DNA of 64,000 nt, from contig CAWERV010000002.1 in the NCBI GenBank assembly GCA_963811425.1, positions 1,825-65,824 of the forward strand, read 5' to 3'. The stretch's first letter is position 1; each line of letters starts with the position of its first letter. Shown here piece after piece: positions 12,290 through 22,859 of this stretch. The notes under the pieces are model-generated. The model did no database searches, was not told where the DNA came from, and was given only the letters and a program-made list of their open reading frames with translations. Made by a program: the position numbers and the translations under genes. The DNA comes from an uncultured Acidobacteriota bacterium (GTDB taxonomy: Bacteria; Acidobacteriota; Thermoanaerobaculia; UBA5066; Gp7-AA6).

Positions 12290-14068
12290 CTAGTGCAGAG
12301 GGCAGCTCGCTGCCGCGGAAGCGGCGTCGGGATCGCCCGCTGCGATTCTCAAGGTCTCGCGCCCGAGAGCGCAGACCGACTCCTTCTCCCCGAGTCTCCC
12401 GTAGACGCGCAGCAACAGATGCCTCGCATCGAGATCGGCCGGGCTCGCCGCGACTGCAGCGGCCAGCTGCAGGGAGGATTCCCGGTCTCTTCCGTTCTCC
12501 TGCAGCCAGCGACCATAGTAGTAGTGCGCCATGGCCGTCGCCGAGTTCAGGGAGAGCGCCCGCTGGAAGTGCCTCTCGGCCTCGACGCCGTTGCCCAGGG
12601 CGCCTTCGAGGATGCCCATGTTGACCTCGAGGACGTCGTAGTTGGGAACGAGCGCCTGCGCGCGTGAGAAACAGTACCGCGCGTTGGTGAAATCGCCGCG
12701 CGCCATGAAGATCCCCCCGTAGTTCATCCAGGCTCTGCCATTGCCGGGGCTCTCCTCGGTGACGCTCTTCCAGAGGGTCTCCTCGTTTCGCCATGCGCGA
12801 TTGCGTTCGTAGGTCCCGACGCCGTGCGCCGCCAGCAGCACGATGCCGAGACTTGCTGCCACACGCTGCCGGCGCACCGCTCTCTCGGGCGATGTGCTGG
12901 TGAGCCAGTCGCCCGCGGCGACCGCCAGGCAGAGAACGAGGCCGATGAATGCCGGGTAGGGCCGATGCTCGCTGATCATCTGCGAGAGCGGGACGATCGA
13001 GGAGGAGGGGATCAGCGTGACGAAGAACCACAGTGCTCCGAACAGAAAGGCCTTGCCGGCCCGACGTCTGCGGGCATAGGTGAAGGCGCCTCCCAGGAAT
13101 ACCGCGCCGAAGAGAACGCCGGCAAACACGCGCGTGTCGTACCAGGCCTCGATCGGGGTCCAGTCCGGATCGGCCGACAGACCGAAGGGCAGCAGGAAGA
13201 GGCGGAAGTAGTGGGGAAACGCGAACGTCTGCGTCTGCAGGTAGGACAGGGGCGTCACCAGGGTTCGGAGCAGGTTGGGCTCAGCCAGCCTCGCCTGGAG
13301 CGCATAGAACAGGGCGCCCAGAACGAACGCCGGGGCGGAAACCACCAGCCAGGCCGGCCAGCGCCGCCTCGACCCGGCCTCGCGGCCGACCTCTCCCGGC
13401 GGAGGGAAGATCGCAAGATAGATCGCCAGCAGCGGGCCGAACACGATCGCCGACTGCTTGCCGAAGGCGCCGACCAGCCAGGGCACTTGCCACAGCTGGC
13501 TCTTCCGCCACCGGGGTGCGTACTGGTAGAGGACGAAGGAGCCCACGACGCCGAGGGTTGCGATGATCTCCGCGCGCTGACACAGGTAGTTCACGGTCTC
13601 CGTGTTGACGCGGTGGAGAGCGAAGAGCGTCGCGCCGAACAGGGCAAGCCAGTTAGCGGGAAGGGAGAGGCCCGATTCGGCCAGAACGTACCGGAGGAAG
13701 AAGAAGACCAGGACCCCGAGCAGCAGATGGAGCGACCACTGGGTCGCGTGGAACGCAGGTAGGTCGAGCCCGCCGCCGCGCCAGTAGTCCAACGCGAAGG
13801 AGGCGCTCGAGACCGGCCGGTAGTCCGACAGGGTCGGCCAGCTCGAGAATTTCGAGGCCCCGGTGAAGAAGCCCGGGATGTTCCGGAGGCTGCGCAGGTA
13901 AGCGTTGTTCTGGATGACGTGGCTGTCGTCGAAATGGAACGAGTTCTGGAAGTGATTCGCGTAGGCCGCGAAGACGGCACCGCCCGCGAGAATCGCGAGG
14001 GCGAGCAGGAGTGGTCGACGACGCGTCCGGGTGTCGGGCTCGAGGCTCATCGCCCGCAAGGATGCCAT
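12290..14068 (-). CDS. PMT/TMTC-like polytopic membrane protein with C-terminal TPR repeats (putative protein O-glycosyltransferase)
   Basis: 592-aa track ORF. N-terminal motif HFQNSFHFDDSHVIQNNAYL, about 10 hydrophobic helices, then TPR-like repeats (AWRNEETLWKSV..GNGRAWMNYGGIFMARGDFTNARYCFSRAQALVPNYDVLEVNMGILEGALGN...AMAHYYYGRWLQENGR). Confidence 0.7.
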   Translation of the reverse strand: MASLRAMSLEPDTRTRRRPLLLALAILAGGAVFAAYANHFQNSFHFDDSHVIQNNAYLRSLRNIPGFFTGASKFSSWPTLSDYRPVSSASFALDYWRGGGLDLPAFHATQWSLHLLLGVLVFFFLRYVLAESGLSLPANWLALFGATLFALHRVNTETVNYLCQRAEIIATLGVVGSFVLYQYAPRWRKSQLWQVPWLVGAFGKQSAIVFGPLLAIYLAIFPPPGEVGREAGSRRRWPAWLVVSAPAFVLGALFYALQARLAEPNLLRTLVTPLSYLQTQTFAFPHYFRLFLLPFGLSADPDWTPIEAWYDTRVFAGVLFGAVFLGGAFTYARRRRAGKAFLFGALWFFVTLIPSSSIVPLSQMISEHRPYPAFIGLVLCLAVAAGDWLTSTSPERAVRRQRVAASLGIVLLAAHGVGTYERNRAWRNEETLWKSVTEESPGNGRAWMNYGGIFMARGDFTNARYCFSRAQALVPNYDVLEVNMGILEGALGNGVEAERHFQRALSLNSATAMAHYYYGRWLQENGRDRESSLQLAAAVAASPADLDARHLLLRVYGRLGEKESVCALGRETLRIAAGDPDAASAAASCPLH

Positions 14069-14287
14069 GAACGCGGGCGGCGGCGGCCCGATCCGGAACT
14101 CTCAGAGCGAGAAGTCCTTTTTCGGACGGGCCGTGGGTGCCGGCGTCGCGAGTCCTGGGGTTCGGCGCGGGACGAGGCGCGGAGGTCGGTGGAACGAGCT
14201 TGATTTGCTTCTTTCTCGGCGAGCGAAAAGACGTGGTCGTCGACCGTCGTGAAGACGAGGCGGTGCGCCGGAGTGTCCGCGGGGGAG

Positions 14288-15412
14288 TCACAGAGAACCA
14301 TGATCAGTAGAAGAAGAAGACCGGACACGCGCGTGCCGACCAGGAATGCCCGGCGCGGGGCCCGGCAGGAAGTGTGCGGCGACGGCGATTTTTCGCGTGA
14401 GCGTCGGGATCGCGGCGGTAACCAGCCGTCCGGGCGTGAGCCAGCGCACGGGTTGCGGGTTGCGGATCTTGGATTTCGGACCTGGAGTCGGAGTCGCACG
14501 ATACACTGCGATGGCGAGCAGCCGGTGGACCATGGTATGCCGCGTCATGGCAAGCGGCTCCCGGCCATCCAGCTGGAGTCCGAGCCGCGTGAGCTCGACT
14601 GCGAGTCGGCGCCTCGCGGCCGCCGCGGTCGCACCCTCGGCAGAGGGGAACTGCCACAGGCCGCGGAGCAGCGCGCGGTCGCCTCGCACGAGGAGCGCCT
14701 CCCCCTCCCGCAAGGGGATGGCCGCTGCGACGAAGGCGCGAGTGATCGCCGGGCGGGCCTTCTTCCCGGGGAACCGCGAGACCTCGCCGCGCCGCCGCGC
14801 TGCGCACTCGGCAGCGACGGGGCAGACCGGGCACGAGGGACGGCGAGGCGTGCAGACGAGCTGGCCGAGGTCCATCAGCGCCGCGGTGAGGTCGCCCGGC
14901 CTGCCGCGGACGAGTAGCTCCGCGGCCTGTGCGCGCACGGCCCGAGCGTGCACGCGCGTTCCGACATCGCCCGCGATTGCGAAGAGACGGGACAGGACGC
15001 GCGTCACGTTCGCGTCGGTCGCGGGTGCGCGCGCGCCGAAGGCGATCGAAGCGACGGCGGCGGCCATGTAATCGCCGAAGCCGGGAAGCGCCGCAAGGGC
15101 CGCACCATCGCTCGGCAGCCGTCCTCCATGGAGGCGTACGACTTCGCGCGCCGCTCGGCGCAGGTTCCGCGCGCGAGCGTAATAGCCGAGCCCCGACCAG
15201 GCGGCGAGAACGCTCTCCTCCCGGGCGCGGGCGAGTGCGCGGACGTCCGGGAATCGGAGCAGGAATCTCTCGTAGCGGCCGCGCACGGCCCCCACCGTCG
15301 TCTGCTGGAGCATCACCTCCGAAACCCAGATCCGGTAGGGATCGCGCGTGCCGCGCCAGGGAAGCTGCCGCTTTTCGCGGCGAAACCAGGCGAGGAGGCG
15401 GGCGCGGAGCAC
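14288..15412 (-). CDS. mutY: A/G-specific adenine DNA glycosylase
   Basis: C-terminal part of track ORF 14288..16378, starting at GTG 15412 (LRARLLAWFRREKRQLPWRGTRDPYRIWVSEVMLQQT). HhH-GPD region (LPGFGDYMAAAV) and an Fe-S Cys cluster (CTPRRPSCPVCPVAAEC). It begins 15 nt after the upstream stop. Confidence 0.92.
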   Translation of the reverse strand: MLRARLLAWFRREKRQLPWRGTRDPYRIWVSEVMLQQTTVGAVRGRYERFLLRFPDVRALARAREESVLAAWSGLGYYARARNLRRAAREVVRLHGGRLPSDGAALAALPGFGDYMAAAVASIAFGARAPATDANVTRVLSRLFAIAGDVGTRVHARAVRAQAAELLVRGRPGDLTAALMDLGQLVCTPRRPSCPVCPVAAECAARRRGEVSRFPGKKARPAITRAFVAAAIPLREGEALLVRGDRALLRGLWQFPSAEGATAAAARRRLAVELTRLGLQLDGREPLAMTRHTMVHRLLAIAVYRATPTPGPKSKIRNPQPVRWLTPGRLVTAAIPTLTRKIAVAAHFLPGPAPGIPGRHARVRSSSSTDHGSL

Positions 15413-15426
15413 CGCGGGCTTGCGGT

Positions 15427-16542
15427 CTACGACGCCGTGATTTCCGATCTCGGGGCGATCCAGCCCGGCTCCCGCATCAGGTCGCGGATGAAGGCCTTTT
15501 CCTGCTCGTCGGGCAGGACCTCGGCAATGTGCTTCGCATAGGACTCGGGAGACAGTGGCTCGCCCGACACGGAGTAGTGCTTTCCGGCGAATTCGCCGAT
15601 CGCGCGGTGGAACTTGAGATCGGGCGCAACGAACGGGCGGGCGCCTGGCGGCAGCAGGCGGCTGATCGACTCGAGCAGCTTCTCCACCTCCTGCCGGTAG
15701 AGCTCCCGCGAGAGCTCGTTCAGGTGCGCCTTGTCGGGATCGGCGGGCTGCTTCGCCTCGTCGTAACGCCCCTTCACGCCCCAGACGTAGAACCACTCGG
15801 CCGAGGAGGAGGAATCCTTGCCGAAGAGGTCGTAGGCCGTCGAGAGCCACTTGTTGACGTACTTCTGGAGAAGCGGCGCCGGGACACGGCCCGCCTTCAC
15901 GATGCGCTGCAGGCCCATGTGTCCCGTGCCGAGGTGGAATCCTTCCTCGCGCAGCATGGGGCCCATCGAGCGGGCCAACGGCGCAAAGCCGGAGGTCGAA
16001 AGCATGTTGAGCTGGAACTTGCCGTCGCGGTCGACGAACTCGGTGTAGGTGAAGAAGTCGACCCAGTTGTCGACGTCCACGTTGAAGGACCCCAGCAGCC
16101 GATTGTTCTGCCAGGACCGGCGCTCGAGGAGTTTGCGGGCCTCGATCTTGCCGGTCTCGCCGAAGTGGTTCACGAGCAGGTGGCACATCTGCCACCCGTG
16201 CCGCATCTCCTCGACCATGATCCGGCAGCAGCTGTCGGTGTCGTAGTCGGACGGCGACGTCGCGAGCAGATTGCGCTGCTGCTCGACGGAGGCAAACTCG
16301 GTGTCGCCCTGGTAGACGATGAGGTTGAGCAGGGCGTCGCGGATCTGCTGATACGGGATCTGCGTGACCCGCTCCCACTTCTTGTTGCCCCGGAAGTCCC
16401 CGTACTCGATTTCATCCGACCGAAGATCGCCGTACTTGGCCTCGAAGGCGTAGTCGGCGTGGACGGGCAGGTGCAGGCCGATGTCCTTCTGCCATGCCCG
16501 AAACGCGTCAATCCAGTCGTCGAAGGTCCCGATCTTCTTCAT
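15427..16542 (-). CDS. ferritin-like di-iron protein, PaaA/BoxB (phenylacetic acid catabolic) family-like
   Basis: Track ORF 15427..16554, with start moved to ATG 16542 (MKKIGTFDDW; GGGGAG upstream). Candidate di-iron ligand motifs MVEEMRHGWQM and REEGFHLGTGH. I found no paaB/C/D/E-like partners nearby. Confidence 0.6.
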   Translation of the reverse strand: MKKIGTFDDWIDAFRAWQKDIGLHLPVHADYAFEAKYGDLRSDEIEYGDFRGNKKWERVTQIPYQQIRDALLNLIVYQGDTEFASVEQQRNLLATSPSDYDTDSCCRIMVEEMRHGWQMCHLLVNHFGETGKIEARKLLERRSWQNNRLLGSFNVDVDNWVDFFTYTEFVDRDGKFQLNMLSTSGFAPLARSMGPMLREEGFHLGTGHMGLQRIVKAGRVPAPLLQKYVNKWLSTAYDLFGKDSSSSAEWFYVWGVKGRYDEAKQPADPDKAHLNELSRELYRQEVEKLLESISRLLPPGARPFVAPDLKFHRAIGEFAGKHYSVSGEPLSPESYAKHIAEVLPDEQEKAFIRDLMREPGWIAPRSEITAS

Positions 16543-16574
16543 CCGTCTCCCCAAACCTCTATCATACCGGGAAT

Positions 16575-16985
16575 ATGCCGATCGAAATCGACTGGGAGGG
16601 ACTCGTCGTGGCCTTCGAGAGCCGCTCCCGAAAGATCACCCATTTCTTCGACCGGAAGACCGGCGACGTCGTGCAGGTGCTGGAGCGAGATGCCGCGCGT
16701 CACGCGGCGCTGAGCGCCGATCCGCGCTACGCGGCCCTCCCGCGGGACGCCGGGGAGCGCACGCTCGGGGACCTGGAGGAGTTCGCGGCGCATTGTGCCG
16801 ATGCCGCGTGCCGACGGGATCTGGTCGCGGCTCTGGCGGCAGAGGACCCGCGGAGCGCCTATCGCGCCGCGCTCCTGCGCCACGCCAGGGAGGAGGCCCA
16901 CTTCTTTCAGTACAAGGAGCGCCGGGCGAAGGAACGAGCCGTCGAGTGGCTCAAGGGCCAGGGGATCGTGGGGTCAGGTCTGTGA
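16575..16985 (+). CDS. UPF0158-like small protein
   Basis: Track ORF 16494..16985, trimmed to ATG 16575 (MPIEIDWEGLVVAFESRSRKITHFFDRKTGDVVQV...). The N-terminal pattern resembles the UPF0158 family. The last codons lie in the left arm of the 26-bp inverted repeat. Confidence 0.6.
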   Translation: MPIEIDWEGLVVAFESRSRKITHFFDRKTGDVVQVLERDAARHAALSADPRYAALPRDAGERTLGDLEEFAAHCADAACRRDLVAALAAEDPRSAYRAALLRHAREEAHFFQYKERRAKERAVEWLKGQGIVGSGL

Positions 16986-17058
16986 AAGTGTGAATCTGGG
17001 TGGGAGCGTGCTCAGCCATTAGCTCGTTGCAAATTCACACTTTCACAGACCTGACCCC
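16970..17058. terminator. perfect 26-bp inverted repeat (long hairpin) between convergent genes; candidate bidirectional terminator
   Basis: Left arm GGGGTCAGGTCTGTGAAAGTGTGAAT at 16970-16995, a 37-nt loop, and right arm ATTCACACTTTCACAGACCTGACCCC at 17033-17058. There is no U-tract on either side. Confidence 0.6.
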
Positions 17059-17652
17059 CATGTGCAGGACGCCGAACCGCTCCGGGACGTGGAAATCCGG
17101 CGGGTCGGAGAGCGTGGGAGACCAGGCCGAGTACTCGTCGAGCGCGCCGCGATCGATCCGGTAGAAGTTGGCCCGCCAGCGCTCGGGCATGGCGCCCCCC
17201 GATAACTCGGGCAGCGGAATCCGGAGTGTCGCGGACCAGCGCCGCGCGTTTCGAGTCACCCGCGCCGAGAAGCCCGGGCAGTCCCAGGCCGTCTCCACGC
17301 GCATCGCGGCCCGCGAGAGCTCCGGCGACGCGACGCGGGCATCGAAGAGCGTGGCGAGCGGATTGACCTCGAACTCGTAGTAGAGCCGCGCCGGTTCTTC
17401 GGGAGCGAGGAACACTTCGTAGACGTCCTCCTCCCAGAGCGGGTCGTCGCGGTTGCGGTGGGTCGCGACGACGCCGTCGTCTTTTCCGTCGAATCGGACG
17501 CAGAGCGTGCGGCCGCGCAGACCGACGCGCAGTGCGGTTGCCAGACGCGGGGCGCGGCCATCGCGCGCGTCGCCCAGGAACAGCGCGGGGAGCTCCACGA
17601 GACGGTCGGTCGGTGCGAGCGATGGTACGACGAGCTCCGGAACTTTGGGCAT
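17035..17652 (-). CDS. carbohydrate-binding family 9 (CBM9/DOMON-like) domain protein
   Basis: 205-aa track ORF. Motifs DDPLWEEDVYEVFLAPEE...LYYEFEVNPLATLFDA and RWRANFYRIDR are typical of CBM9-like domains. Confidence 0.7.
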   Translation of the reverse strand: MPKVPELVVPSLAPTDRLVELPALFLGDARDGRAPRLATALRVGLRGRTLCVRFDGKDDGVVATHRNRDDPLWEEDVYEVFLAPEEPARLYYEFEVNPLATLFDARVASPELSRAAMRVETAWDCPGFSARVTRNARRWSATLRIPLPELSGGAMPERWRANFYRIDRGALDEYSAWSPTLSDPPDFHVPERFGVLHMGVRSVKV

Positions 17653-17677
17653 GGCAGCTCATTGTGCATGAGTCGCC

Positions 17678-18694
17678 CTAGTGGCTGAGGCTCCACTGCC
17701 GGACGAGGTAGAAACCGAGATAGACGTTTTTCGGATTCTGCAACAAGCCATTGCTGAAGGTTGGAAGCACATACTGATCGACCGTCGTCTCGCGCATGTT
17801 CCCGGCCATGAAGGCGAAGCGGTGTCGGAGGAGGCTCTTCTCGACGGAGACGACCCACCCGACCCCCGGGGAGAATCTCTGCGTGGCGGTGGGGCAGGCA
17901 GGAAGGTCTCCGCCGCAGCCCTGGGTTTGAGTGACGATCACATTGCGCGAATAGCTCGGCACGACTTCTCCGTGGACGGCGATGGAGTGTGTGATCGCGA
18001 CCGACGCCGCGATCGGGACGTTGAAGACATTCGCGTAGAAGGGCTCTGGCCTGACGACGAGCGTGGGGCTCGCCGTAAGATCGAGCCAGCCTGGCAGTCC
18101 GGACGTGTGGTTGATGTACATCGGCTCCGCGGTGATCCTCAACCAGGGCGTCGGGGTATAGGCGAAGATCGCCTGAGCAAAGAAGGTGCTCCGATTGTTC
18201 ACGGGAGGCCCGAGCGGCGGGTTGGGCACGGTCCGAAAGTCTCCGCCCGCGCCGAGCGAGACCGCGAGGGGCCCGCAGGACAGGAGTCTGTACTTGCCGC
18301 TCACCTCGTAGGTCGTGTTGTCGTTGGAATAGCGGTAGAAGAACAGGGCGAGGTTCTTCACGGGCGCGTACCCGAGGCCGATTCCGATGTTCGCGGCCGA
18401 ATCGAACGAAAACAGGGTGTTGATGCTGCTGTTCTGCACGGGCTGCGAAAAACGGTGTGCAAAGAGCAGGGTGAGCGTTCCCTTCGCGGGCACGTCCACC
18501 GAGGGCAGGTTGATGATCACCGGCCCCTCGATTGGCCGATAGGCCTTTGGCTCCTTCATCGCGGGCTCGGGCGCCGGGGCCGCCGGCGCCGCGTCGGGCG
18601 GCGTCCCCGGTGTGGCTTCCTGCGCGATGCCTGCCCGGCCTGCCAGAATTGCAAAGAGAACTGCCGCTGCCAGCCCCGTCCAACGCATTCGCAT
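17678..18694 (-). CDS. putative outer-membrane beta-barrel protein (DUF5777-like)
   Basis: Track ORF 17678..18901, trimmed to ATG 18694 (MRMRWTGLAAAVLFAILAGRAGIAQE signal peptide; GGAGGAG RBS). It shows alternating beta-strand-like patterns and an aromatic-rich C-terminus. Confidence 0.6.
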   Translation of the reverse strand: MRMRWTGLAAAVLFAILAGRAGIAQEATPGTPPDAAPAAPAPEPAMKEPKAYRPIEGPVIINLPSVDVPAKGTLTLLFAHRFSQPVQNSSINTLFSFDSAANIGIGLGYAPVKNLALFFYRYSNDNTTYEVSGKYRLLSCGPLAVSLGAGGDFRTVPNPPLGPPVNNRSTFFAQAIFAYTPTPWLRITAEPMYINHTSGLPGWLDLTASPTLVVRPEPFYANVFNVPIAASVAITHSIAVHGEVVPSYSRNVIVTQTQGCGGDLPACPTATQRFSPGVGWVVSVEKSLLRHRFAFMAGNMRETTVDQYVLPTFSNGLLQNPKNVYLGFYLVRQWSLSH

Positions 18695-18785
18695 CCGAAC
18701 TCCTCCGTTCTCCGATCCGATCTCGGTGTCGCCCAGCGTAGGGAATGCTGCATGAGCCTTCGCGGAACTCACGAACTCTTGAGAT

Positions 18786-21683
<2,898 letters not shown>

Positions 21684-21714
21684 GGGCGGGGCCGCGGGTG
21701 CGGGCCGGCTTCGA

Positions 21715-22788
21715 TCATGCGACCAGGAGACCGGCGCCCCAGTGCAGCCCGGCGCCGAGCGCCGTGAAGCCGACGAGGTCGCCCTCGCGGATGCGTCCCG
21801 CGGTTTTCGCTTCGTGGAAGACGAGCGGCAGGGTCGCGGCCGTCGTGTTGCCGTAGCGCTGGATGTTGTTGAAGACCTGTGCGTCGGAAAGGCCGAGGCT
21901 CTTCTGCACGGCTTCGTTGATGCGCAGGTTTGCCTGGTGCATGAGCAGCAACGAGAGCGCGGTGACGTCCCGCCCGTGGCGCGCGAGTGCCTCGCGCACG
22001 ATCTCGGGCATGGCGGTCGTCGCCAGCCGATAGACCTGGCGCCCCTCGACGATCGGGACCGTTCGATTCTCCGCGTACATGTCCGGCGAAAAGTATGGAA
22101 AGCTGGCGGAGCCGCCTCCCGGAACATACAGCTTGTCCCAGTGGCCCCCGTCCGTCCGCATCAGGAATCCGAGGAACCCGCGGCCGTCGCCCGACGCGTT
22201 GGCCTCGAGGACGAACGCCCCGGCGCCGTCACCGAACAGGACGGCCCGGTCGCGGTGGGCGGTTCCCCAGGCGCGGGCCTCGGGCGACACCGGTGCGGCG
22301 GATTCGCCGAAGAGCACCGCCCAGTCGGCGTCGGCCCAGGGAAAAAACGCCGCATGGCATTCGGCGCCCACGAGCAGGACGCGGCGTGCTCCGCCGGACC
22401 GGATGAAGGCGTCGGCGACCTGGAGTCCCGAGAGGAACCCGGCGCACTGCATGCGAAGGTCGATCGCGTGAGTCGTCGCGAGCCCCAGACCGTGGGCGAG
22501 GAGGCCCCCGTTGCCCGGAAAATAGTGGTCCGGCGTCATGGTGGCGAAGATGACGAGGTCGATCTCCCCGGCCTCCAGGTTGGCGTCGGCCAGGGCGCGC
22601 CGCGCGGCCTCCACGCCGAGCGCCGACGAGGATTGGCCGCGGCGGGCGAAGTGCCGCTCTTCGATGCCCGTTCGCTGCCTGATCCAATCGTCGGTGGTGT
22701 CCATGACGAGCGCCAGGCGGTCGTTGGTCACGACGCCTTCCGGGACATACATCCCGGATCCGCGGACGACCGTTGTCAGGGGAGGCAC
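21715..22788 (-). CDS. 3-oxoacyl-ACP synthase III (KAS III/FabH) family protein
   Basis: Track ORF 21715..23550, with start at GTG 22788 (PPLTTVVRGSGMYVPEGVVTNDRL). Catalytic-triad context is present: QCAGF (Cys), HQANLRI (His), GNTTAAT (Asn). It also has an extra ~30-aa segment (FFPWADADWAVLFGESAAPVSPEARAWG). Confidence 0.85.
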   Translation of the reverse strand: MPPLTTVVRGSGMYVPEGVVTNDRLALVMDTTDDWIRQRTGIEERHFARRGQSSSALGVEAARRALADANLEAGEIDLVIFATMTPDHYFPGNGGLLAHGLGLATTHAIDLRMQCAGFLSGLQVADAFIRSGGARRVLLVGAECHAAFFPWADADWAVLFGESAAPVSPEARAWGTAHRDRAVLFGDGAGAFVLEANASGDGRGFLGFLMRTDGGHWDKLYVPGGGSASFPYFSPDMYAENRTVPIVEGRQVYRLATTAMPEIVREALARHGRDVTALSLLLMHQANLRINEAVQKSLGLSDAQVFNNIQRYGNTTAATLPLVFHEAKTAGRIREGDLVGFTALGAGLHWGAGLLVA

Positions 22789-22859
22789 ACTGCGAATCTT
22801 ACCGGAGGGGGCGGCCGCGTCCGGCCGACGGCTGCACTGACAAAGCCCCTCGGGGCGCC

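Noticed and set aside
14047-14345. Small lipoprotein-like ORF (…GTRVSGLLLLLIMVLCDSPADTPAHRLVFTTVDDHVF…) in the mutY/TPR-gene intergenic region, minus strand
   Set aside because: The lipobox-like start overlaps the mutY 3' end. The C-terminal half is Arg/Ser-rich and runs into the next gene's start. There is no RBS. I kept it only as a low-probability candidate.
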